64,000 nt of DNA from the IMG/VR virus record IMGVR_UViG_3300044508_000033; one strand, 5' to 3'. Position numbers and translations under genes: made by a program. The notes below the pieces were generated by a model. That model saw only the letters and a program-made list of their open reading frames with translations. It was not told the DNA's origin and did not search any database. Source of the stretch: a virus. Below, one piece after another: positions 55,958 to 64,000 of this stretch. How positions within the stretch are numbered: position 1 is the first letter of the stretch; each line of letters begins with the position of its first letter.

Positions 55958-56350
55958 ATGCTCGCAGAACAAAACAAACAAGTGGAACCTATCTGGCGCG
56001 TCGTCGAGATCGACGAGACGCGGCACTGGAACCCCGAGATCGTCGCGAAGTGCGGCGGCCGGATCTTGTCGATCTACGTCTACGATGCCTCGTGCCGAAC
56101 GTTCTGTTGCGAGATCACGCCGAGCTACGAGCTGTTTCTCGCCGCGTACGCCCCCCGAGAGCTTCCCGAAGACGACGCCGAGCGCGAACGCGTCTTCGAC
56201 GACTTGAGCCAGGCGCAACACGAGGTCGAGAGCACGATCTACATGCACTGCCGCGACGTCGAGCGCATGACATCGCGCGATCCGTACGGGGACGACGAGT
56301 GGCGCACGATCGAGTGGGCCGAAGAGCTGGAACAACGGAGGTCGACATGA
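55958..56350 (+). CDS. Hypothetical protein
   Basis: CCEITPSY motif; in operon. Confidence 0.65.
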   Translation: MLAEQNKQVEPIWRVVEIDETRHWNPEIVAKCGGRILSIYVYDASCRTFCCEITPSYELFLAAYAPRELPEDDAERERVFDDLSQAQHEVESTIYMHCRDVERMTSRDPYGDDEWRTIEWAEELEQRRST

Positions 56351-57070
56351 ATATCGTTTTCGGCGGAGAGACGACGACAAGCTCTCTGTTCCTGACCTTC
56401 CGAGCGCGGATCGACGGACAGTGGACGCTCGGCGTGACGCTCCAGAACGGAGATCGCTTCGACGCGAGACTCGCGAACGTGGCGTGGACCGAAGAGGCCG
56501 GGGATGTGCTCGTCTTTCAGCCCGTGGACGACGACGGGGCGGACGTCGGCGACCTCGCCGAGTACCCCTACAGCGAAGTGCGCGAGATCGAGGTGTACTG
56601 ATGAAAAAGATCCGCGTCTACTCCGTGCCGATCCTCGCGTACGTCGACTGCATCGTAGAGGTGCCAGACTCGGCGGTGCTCGATCGCGAAGTGCTGTACG
56701 ACGCCGTTCGCGAAGCTCTGCTCGTCGGACCTGTAGCGTTCGACATGTTGACGCTACAGACAGACGGCGTGGATGAAGGCGTCGTCAACGGCGGTTGGCA
56801 ACTCAGCTTTCGCGAAGAGGTTGAGTGATGCGATTCAGGTTGGAGGTCGTATTCGACCCGCAACGCGTTTCGGGCGAGGCCGTGATCGACGCGATCGGCG
56901 ATAAGAACCGCCGGGTGTCGCACCACACAAGCAAGCCTCTTCGACAAACGCTCGCGTTCGGCTTCGGCTTGAAGCGGGCAGCTCTCAGCGCGGCGACGCG
57001 GGTGTTCGCACTCGCGGGCGTTGTGGCAGTGTCGATCGTCGACACAACAAGTGAAGGGACCATTCTGTGA
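56347..57070 (+). other. Three small coupled hypothetical genes (56347..56601, 56601..56828, 56825..57070)
   Basis: GGAGG/GAGG RBSs, overlapping junctions. Confidence 0.55.
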
Positions 57071-57459
57071 GCAAGAACACGAGCAATAAGAACACGAGCA
57101 AGAACGAGGCAGAGTTGGCGCTCGACGTCGTGAAGCCGAAGGCGACGGAGCTTCAAGGCGGCGACTACCTGATCACCGGGTGCGACGGCGAGCAGACGTA
57201 CCTCTGGATCGCTCGCGCCCCGAAGCGCAGCAAGCGCTTCAAGGTGACGGAGGTGTACCCCGGCGTCGCCGTCAAGCGTACGCGCTTGCGCGACGCGGAC
57301 GGAGCCGAGGACATCGAGCTGGAGGCGGTCAAGGGCTACGAGACGATCGAGGGCGTCGTCGAGGATCTGACCGAGATCCTGCTCGACGGTGTCGACGAGG
57401 CGGAGGTCGAAGAGGAAGAGGGCGAAGATCCTTCGTCCCAAACCGTCGCGCAAGCCTGA
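57067..57459 (+). CDS. Acidic hypothetical protein
   Basis: GTGA overlap; GC3-rich codons. Confidence 0.65.
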   Translation: MSKNTSNKNTSKNEAELALDVVKPKATELQGGDYLITGCDGEQTYLWIARAPKRSKRFKVTEVYPGVAVKRTRLRDADGAEDIELEAVKGYETIEGVVEDLTEILLDGVDEAEVEEEEGEDPSSQTVAQA

Positions 57460-57532
57460 AGAGCAGGGGTCGCGACTCGAGATCGTGCGAGGGTTTCGAG
57501 TCGCGGAACGTGCGCTTCCAGTGAGGTTCGGG

Positions 57533-58010
57533 ATGGATTTGGACAAGTTCAGACACGAGGTCGAAGCTCAAGAACGTGCCCGGATCGTTGCGTACCTCAG
57601 ACACAGGGCAGATCGCTACGGAGAGCAGGGCAGAAGCGAGCAGCGGGACGAAGACGCGGTGAGGGCCTTCGCAAGAGCATCCTCTCTTCGGAGCGCTGCG
57701 TTTCGGATCGAGAACAGGACGATGTATGTCGAAGAATAATGACAAACGTGTCGCGTTTTCGTTGCTCTACCCGGAGCACGCGAAGTTCAAGGCACGCGAG
57801 ACTGAAATGCGGGCGCACGCCGAGTTCTTGGACTGGCTCTGCGATATAGGCGTGGCTCGCGCCCCCGGCGACGACGGTCTGTCTCTGCGAGAGAGCGACT
57901 GCGAGCGCCTCGTCTTCGACTACTTCGAGATCAACCTCGTGGAGTTCCGAAGAGAGAAAGACCGCATGGTCGAACGCATGCTCAAGGAGGTGGACGATGA
58001 AAAGCGTTAG
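57533..58010 (+). other. Two small hypothetical genes (57533..57739, 57726..58010)
   Basis: RBS-like motifs and overlaps. Confidence 0.55.
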
Positions 58011-58587
58011 GTTTTTGATCTTGTGCTTGCTGCTCGGATGCGGGTCTGTTGGGCGCGAGCCGTGCTCCGGCGAGACGTGTCTCGGGGACGTGGGCGACGT
58101 CGAGCAGGACGACGGGATCCGGCTGCCTCCGTGGCAGGACGGGATCGTGGGGCTCGACGCAGGGCTTCCGGGGGCTGAGGACGCAGGGAGCGCCCCCGAG
58201 GACGCGGGCGACCCGGCAGACGCCGCGACGGACGAGGTCGACGCCGAGGTCGTGCCGGGAGACGACGCGGGCCTGGACGGCGGCGCAGAGCCCCCAGTCG
58301 AGCTGTTCGTCGGGACATGGACGTGCGCGACGTCGGCCCCTTGTCCTGGACAGACCCCCGGCACGCTCCCTGTTGCGATCGACGAGACGTTGAACGTGTT
58401 GTTGCCAGCTTCAGGCGGTGCGGGGGTGCTCGACGTGGACGGCGTGCTTTCTGTGTTTTTAGGGGCAGGGACCATCTACCGCTTCTGGTTTGTTGGTGAA
58501 GCGTTGGTGGGCCGGATCGAGAGCACCTCTGGAGCGAACCCCGCATGCTTCCCGGATCTAGCTTGCACCCGCGAGGAGACGCCATGA
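57997..58587 (+). CDS. Lipoprotein with DAG-repeat linker
   Basis: MKSVRFLILCLLLGC lipobox; repeated DAG/DA; AAGGAGG RBS. Confidence 0.75.
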   Translation: MKSVRFLILCLLLGCGSVGREPCSGETCLGDVGDVEQDDGIRLPPWQDGIVGLDAGLPGAEDAGSAPEDAGDPADAATDEVDAEVVPGDDAGLDGGAEPPVELFVGTWTCATSAPCPGQTPGTLPVAIDETLNVLLPASGGAGVLDVDGVLSVFLGAGTIYRFWFVGEALVGRIESTSGANPACFPDLACTREETP

Positions 58588-59582
58588 CACGTCGTACGAA
58601 CGAAGAAGGTAAGCCCGTCGCGCCGATCTTCGACACCGAAGGGCTGCTCACCTCGATCTGCATGAACGCAGACGAGCTGCTTCGCGGCTCGCTCGACGCA
58701 GAGCAGAAGGCGCTCGTCGAAGGTATCCGACACATGGCATCGAGCTTGGCGAAATCCAAGTGCAAACACCTCCACACGCTTGAACCTGCTCGCATCGTAG
58801 GTCGGAGACGCGTACGCGAGCGCGCGTACTGCCTGGACTGCAAAGAGGAGATCCCATGACACTCAGCGCCGAAGAGATCCGCGAAGCCCTGCGCGACGGA
58901 GTTCGCACGTTCACGTACGAGGCGAGCTACGGCTACGTCGGGGGCAGTCGCCCGCTCAAGATCAGGATCGCCGACTTCGACGCCGAGAGCTTGCTCGAGA
59001 TCGAAGACGAGTGCGAGTTCATGGACGAGATCGGGAAGATGTTGTGGGAGGAGTTTCAGAACGGCGTCTGCGAGCTGGACATCACGGGGACCGGGTCGTG
59101 AACAACGAAGAGCGGTTTCAGCGCTTGGCGCAGCTCGACCCCTGCGCAGCCGAGCGCCAGGTTTTCGAGTGGGTGAAGACAGGAGTTTTCACGCTCCTGG
59201 ATTTCTCTCGCTTTCAGGCTGTGTCGAGGCGCAAAACAGCTCTTCTCCGGGAAGGTGTTGTTCTCTGCGAAGAGCAGGCCAGGCTTTCAGCAAAAAGCCC
59301 TCTCGTGCCGCCGGATGCGAAAGACGCGTTTATCGCGTGTGCAGACGCGCTTCGCGATCTCTTGGAGACTCCGTGAACTACGGCGTCTTTCTGATCGGCG
59401 TAGCGACATTCCTCGTGTCGCTGTCTTTTCTCCCGCCTTGCTTCAAACGCGAGACGTGCGGAGCTACTACGCTCGAAGCCTGCGCCGAGTTTTGCGGTGA
59501 GGACGGCGTACAGGTGTTCGAGACACCGTCGATCATCGTCTGCAATCCGAGGTCGCTCTCGCGCTGTCAGTGCCAGAACTGA
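58584..59582 (+). other. Four small coupled genes (58584..58859, 58856..59101, 59098..59376, 59373..59582)
   Basis: ATGA/GTGA overlaps; the last is TM plus Cys-rich. Confidence 0.55.
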
Positions 59583-59597
59583 CGGAAAAAGTGGATC

Positions 59598-59626
59598 TTG
59601 ACCCAGAAAAACAATAACGGTAGAAC
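59598..59626 (+). promoter_or_regulatory. Sigma70-like promoter, probably giving a leaderless mRNA
   Basis: TTGACC-N17-TAGAAC, ATG 7 nt downstream, no RBS. Confidence 0.5.
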
Positions 59627-59633
59627 AACAACA

Positions 59634-60062
59634 ATGACCTTCCCTCACGCAATCAACACCCGTTCGCACAAAAGCCTCTTGAGCAGCCGCTGGTCTGAGG
59701 TGCGAGTCGTCTCGGACGCGCTCGCCGAAGAGCTGTCGGACAACTACGGCGCGTCGGGCGCAAGCATGACGACCGAAGAGATCAACTTCTTCGACGCCGT
59801 TGCGGCGAACGTCGTCTTCGAGCTGGAGGCGCAGCGCATGCTCTTGCCTGCGGCCTTCGACTACGAAGAGATCAAGAAGATGGAGCACGCCGACGACTGC
59901 CGCCGTAACGGCCTGCACCACGCGAAGAGCGCGCTCAAGGTTCTCGAAAAGTTCGTGGACAAGATGAAGAGCGGTGCGCCGCTCCTCGCGCCGCAGAAGA
60001 ACATGCTCAGCGAGCTTCACTCCGATCTCAAGCTCGCGATCGAAGCCTTGGACAACGGCTGA
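59634..60062 (+). CDS. Helical hypothetical protein
   Basis: ATG 59634; GC3-rich codons. Confidence 0.7.
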   Translation: MTFPHAINTRSHKSLLSSRWSEVRVVSDALAEELSDNYGASGASMTTEEINFFDAVAANVVFELEAQRMLLPAAFDYEEIKKMEHADDCRRNGLHHAKSALKVLEKFVDKMKSGAPLLAPQKNMLSELHSDLKLAIEALDNG

Positions 60063-60071
60063 AACAGTTTC

Positions 60072-60157
60072 GGGCCGGAGCTGGTCTCCCGGAAAAGCCG
60101 CTTATCTCCTTTGTCGGTGCCTTCGGGTTCTTGGGTTCGAGTCCCAAGCGGTCCACC
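60072..60157 (+). ncRNA. tRNA-like / tmRNA-TLD-like RNA without a canonical anticodon arm
   Basis: 5' GGGCCG pairs with 3' CGGTCC-A-CC; T-arm cttggg-TTCGAGT-cccaag; G3.U70 and A73. Confidence 0.65.
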
Positions 60158-60179
60158 GTTTTTGAAAGAGGAAGACTGC

Positions 60180-60449
60180 ATGCACAACAAAGAAAAGCAG
60201 GAAGCGCTCGACGCAGCCGTGTTGGCGGCGGTTCGTAACCCAGGCCCACATCCTGTTCATCAACACCGTCTCGTCGCCTCGTTGATCGACCAACACCGCC
60301 GCGAGCGCGAGACGCGCTACAGCTTCGCGGACTGGGTCGACAAGAGCCTCCAGCGCCTTCGTAAGCGCGGACTCATCCGCTACGCAGGGCAGGTTCAGGG
60401 CTGGAAGCCCGTGACGCCCGAGCCGAAGATCACCGCGGACATGGTATGA
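60180..60449 (+). CDS. Small winged-helix-like protein
   Basis: GAGG RBS; VDKSLQRLRKRGLIRY....GW. Confidence 0.65.
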   Translation: MHNKEKQEALDAAVLAAVRNPGPHPVHQHRLVASLIDQHRRERETRYSFADWVDKSLQRLRKRGLIRYAGQVQGWKPVTPEPKITADMV

Positions 60450-61093
60450 AGACACCCGATCTCACCGAGTACGAGGCGTGGCTCAAGACCGAGGGCTATC
60501 AGCCGAGCACGATCACGGTCGCCTTGCGGTACGCCCTCACGATCGCCAAGCGCGGCGGAGCTGTCGAGGCCGCGACGTACGGCCCTTCGATTCAGCGCTA
60601 CCTGCGCTACGTCGAGGACACCGGCAAGCACCCTCTCGGACGCGAGGTCGAAGCCAAGCTCAAGGCAGCGGGCTACAAGCCGTCTGCCGACGTCAAGCTC
60701 TCAGGCAAACGCAAGAAGAGCGCGCTCTCCCGCGAGCGCTGGGGCGCCCTGCGGAGCGCTCTGCGCGCCGAGGGCAGCGACGAGAGCAAGCTCGTGATCG
60801 CGTACATGCACAGCGGACTTCGCATCATGCGTTTCCTGGAGCTGTCGAGCGGCCTTGCGCAAAAGCCAGCGTTCATCGCAGACAAGCTGTCTCGGGATTG
60901 GATCGCGAAGAAGGTCGCTGGCAAGTCGAGGCCCCTCTATCGCCTCGTCTGTGACGCACCCGACAGCTCCAGGTGCGCCTACGCGCGGCTCCGCCGCAAG
61001 CTGATCGACGTCGCAGAAGGCATCAAGCTCGACGTCGATCTCGACATCCTCTACCACAGCCGCAAGCTCTTCGAGGACGCTGGTACGCTATGA
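60446..61093 (+). CDS. Degenerate tyrosine-recombinase-like protein
   Basis: YEAWLKTEGYQPSTI, AYMHSGLRI; HxLRH replaced by DILYH; no box II Tyr. Confidence 0.55.
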   Translation: MKTPDLTEYEAWLKTEGYQPSTITVALRYALTIAKRGGAVEAATYGPSIQRYLRYVEDTGKHPLGREVEAKLKAAGYKPSADVKLSGKRKKSALSRERWGALRSALRAEGSDESKLVIAYMHSGLRIMRFLELSSGLAQKPAFIADKLSRDWIAKKVAGKSRPLYRLVCDAPDSSRCAYARLRRKLIDVAEGIKLDVDLDILYHSRKLFEDAGTL

Positions 61094-61562
61094 CGAAGGC
61101 GTCGAAGCCGTCGAAGAAGAGTAAGGCCGACGTCGTACTCGACCTGCTCGGCGACCTCGCAGAGACTTCAGGCAAGCTGAACGGGCGCTCGATAGCCGGT
61201 GTGGCGAAGGCGATGAATCGCTGCGACGCGATCGAGGCGAAGATCGTGAAGATCGTACGTGCGCTGGAGTCCGATCTCGAGAGTGCCGGTTGCAACTGGT
61301 GTCGGAAAAAAGAGAGGTCGTGATGCCGAAGTCGCGTAAACGTCGCGGAGGACCTATCTCCGACAAGGCACACTTAGCGGCTGTCGCAGGGCACGCGAAG
61401 CGTAAACAGAAGAAGGCCGAAGAGGAGCTTCGCATGAAGCTACGTGACGCCTTCATCGCGGGCTACGTCGCATGTGTGGTGAGCCCACGCGAGCTTGCCA
61501 AAGGTGAGCGAGTACACCGCCTCGCGGCTGCGTACACAAAACGGTTACTGGAACGCGCATGA
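61090..61562 (+). other. Two small basic hypothetical genes (61090..61323, 61323..61562)
   Basis: Overlapping junctions. Confidence 0.55.
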
Positions 61563-62242
61563 CGTACCAACAGACCGAAGCTCTCGTTTGCGAGCTGAAG
61601 GGTGTTGTCGACACCCTCTTCGAGTCACAACAAGACGACCTCGCCGAGCGCATCCTGCACGTCTGTCGCGAGATCACAGGAAAAACGATCATGGCCGCAC
61701 TGCCCCCATCGCACGTCCTCTTCGACCTACTCTTGCTGCTCAAGGACCAGGGGATCCGATACGCGATCATCGGCGGGCTCGCCGTCAACGTCCACGGCCA
61801 GCCTCGCGGTACGCAGGACATCGATATCCTCGTCGATCGCCTGCCCGAACACACGACCGACGTCGAGTACATGCGTCGCTTCGGGTTCTACCGCGGCAAA
61901 AGTTCGACAGGGACCGTGCTCACGCTCGACTCGCGCACAGGCGCTACGTACGTCGAGATGCTCCTCGCCAACAACCCTCTCTTCACATGGGCGTTGCGAC
62001 AGGCGGGCGCTGTCGACGTGATCGGCGTTGCGAAAGCCGCGATGGTTTCGCGGGAGGCTTTCGTAGCCCTGAAGGTTCGAGCCCTCGTCGCAGACCCGAA
62101 ACGGCGCGAGAAAGACCTCCCGGACATCATCTCTGTGCTCGTGCGCGGAGACATCAACGAGCGCGCTTTCGTCAAGATGCTCTCCCCTGAAGAGCTGGAC
62201 GAGTTGACGGCGATTTTGTCTGCGCACAGACGCGGAAGGTGA
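61559..62242 (+). CDS. Nucleotidyltransferase (Pol-beta superfamily, AbiEii/DUF6036-like)
   Basis: IIGGLAV..HG.PRGTQDIDILV; LK.......R.KD..DI. Confidence 0.8.
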   Translation: MTYQQTEALVCELKGVVDTLFESQQDDLAERILHVCREITGKTIMAALPPSHVLFDLLLLLKDQGIRYAIIGGLAVNVHGQPRGTQDIDILVDRLPEHTTDVEYMRRFGFYRGKSSTGTVLTLDSRTGATYVEMLLANNPLFTWALRQAGAVDVIGVAKAAMVSREAFVALKVRALVADPKRREKDLPDIISVLVRGDINERAFVKMLSPEELDELTAILSAHRRGR

Positions 62243-62249
62243 GGCTGCA

Positions 62250-62795
62250 ATGGACATCATGATCGACCTCGAAACGCTCGGCACAGAACCGGGCTGCGTC
62301 ATCCTCTCGATCGGCGCCGTGTGCGCAGAGGATAGCGAGAGCCCTCTCTCTGAGTTCTACGCCGTCGTGCGTCTGCAAAGCAGCGTCGAGGCAGGCTTCG
62401 ACGTCTCGCCCGACACGCTCCTGTGGTGGTTCAAGCAGGACGAAGCCGCCCGCGCGGCTGTGTTCGGTGAAGCTGCGATGTCGTCCGCGCTCGACCTGCG
62501 CACGGCGCTCAAGGGTCTCGACTACTTCATCTCTCTTGCGCGTCCGAGGTCTGTCGAGGTCTGGGCCAACCCCGCTTCGTTCGACCTCGAGATCCTCAAG
62601 GCCGCGTACGCGAAGGTCGGAATGCCTCTGCCGTGGCAGTGGCACGAGGTCCGCTGCTACAGGACGCTCAAGAGGACGCTCGCGTTCGTGCCGGAAGACG
62701 TGTTCTCAGGCACCAAACACAACGCGCTCGACGACGCTCGCCACCAAATGAGGCACCTACACAAGATGCTCAAGGCTGTCGTTCCGCAACAGTAG
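62250..62795 (+). CDS. DEDDh 3'-5' exoribonuclease (Rv2179c/DUF5051-like)
   Basis: MIDLETLG, ILSIGAV, T..WW..Q, FDL.IL, RCYRT, HNALDDA. Confidence 0.88.
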   Translation: MDIMIDLETLGTEPGCVILSIGAVCAEDSESPLSEFYAVVRLQSSVEAGFDVSPDTLLWWFKQDEAARAAVFGEAAMSSALDLRTALKGLDYFISLARPRSVEVWANPASFDLEILKAAYAKVGMPLPWQWHEVRCYRTLKRTLAFVPEDVFSGTKHNALDDARHQMRHLHKMLKAVVPQQ

Positions 62796-62919
62796 CTCTG
62801 ACCGGACAGGCGATTGCGGTTTGCTAGTCACTGCCTCCACGCCTGTTTGGTGGGTAAGCGCCGTGGCCCCGTGGCGTAGAGAAAACGGGGCGCCTTTTTC
62901 GCTAACACGAGGTGTTGTA

Positions 62920-63428
62920 GTGCCGATCCAAGACACCCTGCTCAACAAACTGGAAGCCGACATCTGGGCTTCAGCTTTCGGAGCAGCCATCGCGCGCGGC
63001 GCGGGAAGAGGCTTGGCGATCGAGGCCGCGTACGCAGCCGTCGCTCAGTTTCGGATGCCTCTCACAAATCGAGACGTCGAGGTGTACGATCGCGGCGCTA
63101 TCGACATGTTCGTCGATCTGAAAAGGCGTCCGCCATGACGACGCGAGACGATGCGCGCATCCTCCACGACCTCTTGGCTAACGCCGGGCTCGACGTGTGC
63201 GGAGAGATCGTCGTCGACTGGTATCAGGCGACGGCGAGCCTCGACCCGTGTCCTGTGTGCCAGGTGATCAACGCGTTTCTCTTTCAGCGAGAGGTGCTTC
63301 TTCGGCAAAAGATCGAAGACTTGCAGCGCTTGATCCGCGACGCAGGGCTGTGCGCTCACGGCAAAGAGAGCGGGTGTTGCCTGGATTGCTCGCGTGCGGG
63401 ACGCTTTGTCGACATCGCGGAGGTTTGA
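62920..63428 (+). other. Two small hypothetical genes (62920..63138, 63135..63428)
   Basis: GAGGTG RBS, ATGA overlap. Confidence 0.55.
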
Positions 63429-64000
63429 ATGCGTCTTGCAGGTTCTCTATCTGCGGCCTTGCTCGCCGCAGCTCTTTTTTTCCCGCAACCCGCTCGCTCA
63501 GAAGCGTACGACCTCGTGTTGTGGATCGCGCGTCTCGCGACGAACGAAGGCGCGTTCAAGAACAGGCACGAGGCGGCTCTCGTGTGGCAGACGGTTCGCG
63601 AGAGCGCCCCTACACTCGACGGGCGCAGGCGTTGGCTTCAGGAACATTCGCCTCGCGTACATCTTCTTCGTCCGTGCTTGTCGGGCAACTGCTTGTGGAC
63701 GCCGCATCTTCAGCCGAATGGGGCTTTCCCTGACGGCCTTGTCCTCGAGATTGAAAACCCGATCGGTTTCTGGAACGCGAAGCTCGCGCCTGTGTGGCTC
63801 GACACGCTCGAATACGTGCGCTGGCTCGTCGAAGGCGAGAGAGCGAGCGACGACCCTTGCCACATCCCGCCGCGGACGTGGGGCTGCGAGGGCGATCGCG
63901 AGAGCGCGATCCGAGAGCGCGACCTCTACCCGATCGGGTGCCATCGACCCTTCGGCGACAAGAGTGACGACGGCTTCACGCGACGCGTCGACTGCTACCG
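63429..64000 (+). CDS. Secreted protein, possibly SleB/Hydrolase_2-like cell-wall hydrolase (runs off the right edge)
   Basis: Manual translation MRLAGSLSAALLAAALFFPQPARSEA...WIARLATNEG...; GGAGG RBS; no stop before the edge. Confidence 0.55.
   Translation, partial: MRLAGSLSAALLAAALFFPQPARSEAYDLVLWIARLATNEGAFKNRHEAALVWQTVRESAPTLDGRRRWLQEHSPRVHLLRPCLSGNCLWTPHLQPNGAFPDGLVLEIENPIGFWNAKLAPVWLDTLEYVRWLVEGERASDDPCHIPPRTWGCEGDRESAIRERDLYPIGCHRPFGDKSDDGFTRRVDCY

Noticed and set aside
60072..60157. Canonical tRNA gene
   Set aside because: No 7-nt anticodon loop, no U8 and no normal D arm; kept as a tRNA-like ncRNA instead
53640..62899. Hammerhead or HDV-like ribozymes in the structured spacers at 53640 and 62801
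   Set aside because: No CUGANGA/GAAA core, and I could not build an HDV P3/L3 pairing by eye

Overview
This 64-kb, GC-rich window looks like part of a large dsDNA bacterial virus. It has dense operons with overlapping starts and stops, and no host housekeeping genes. A myxobacterial-type SspB and a DAG-repeat lipoprotein suggest a Myxococcota host (inference). Layout: (1) 1-16.5 kb holds a probable morphogenesis and cargo region: membrane proteins, a transglutaminase-like Cys protease, a tyrosine recombinase, arrays of paralogous beta-rich proteins, RuvC-like, NUDIX, SspB, ART-like, JAB and HicA genes. (2) 17.7-46.2 kb (+) is a replication and nucleotide region: Prim-Pol/VirE, PD-(D/E)XK nuclease, ParB, SF2 helicase, SSB-like protein, MazG, ThyX, PolA, Dam-like MTase, M15 peptidase, kinase and phosphatase. 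(3) 46.2-49.7 kb (-) is a structural-type operon with a patatin gene. (4) A palindrome-rich non-coding block is followed by many small early-type genes, a Pif1 helicase and a tRNA/tmRNA-like RNA. No terminase, portal or tail genes are recognisable, so a large tailless, membrane-containing virus is a working hypothesis; the capsid and packaging genes may lie left of the window. The best novelty candidates are a protease with recurring LxG motifs in putative cargo proteins, an anticodon-less Ala-identity tRNA mimic, paralog arrays sharing a C-terminal HSxxR tag, phased 18-bp palindromes and a mirror-duplicated expression unit. All family calls are by eye from motifs; no searches were run.
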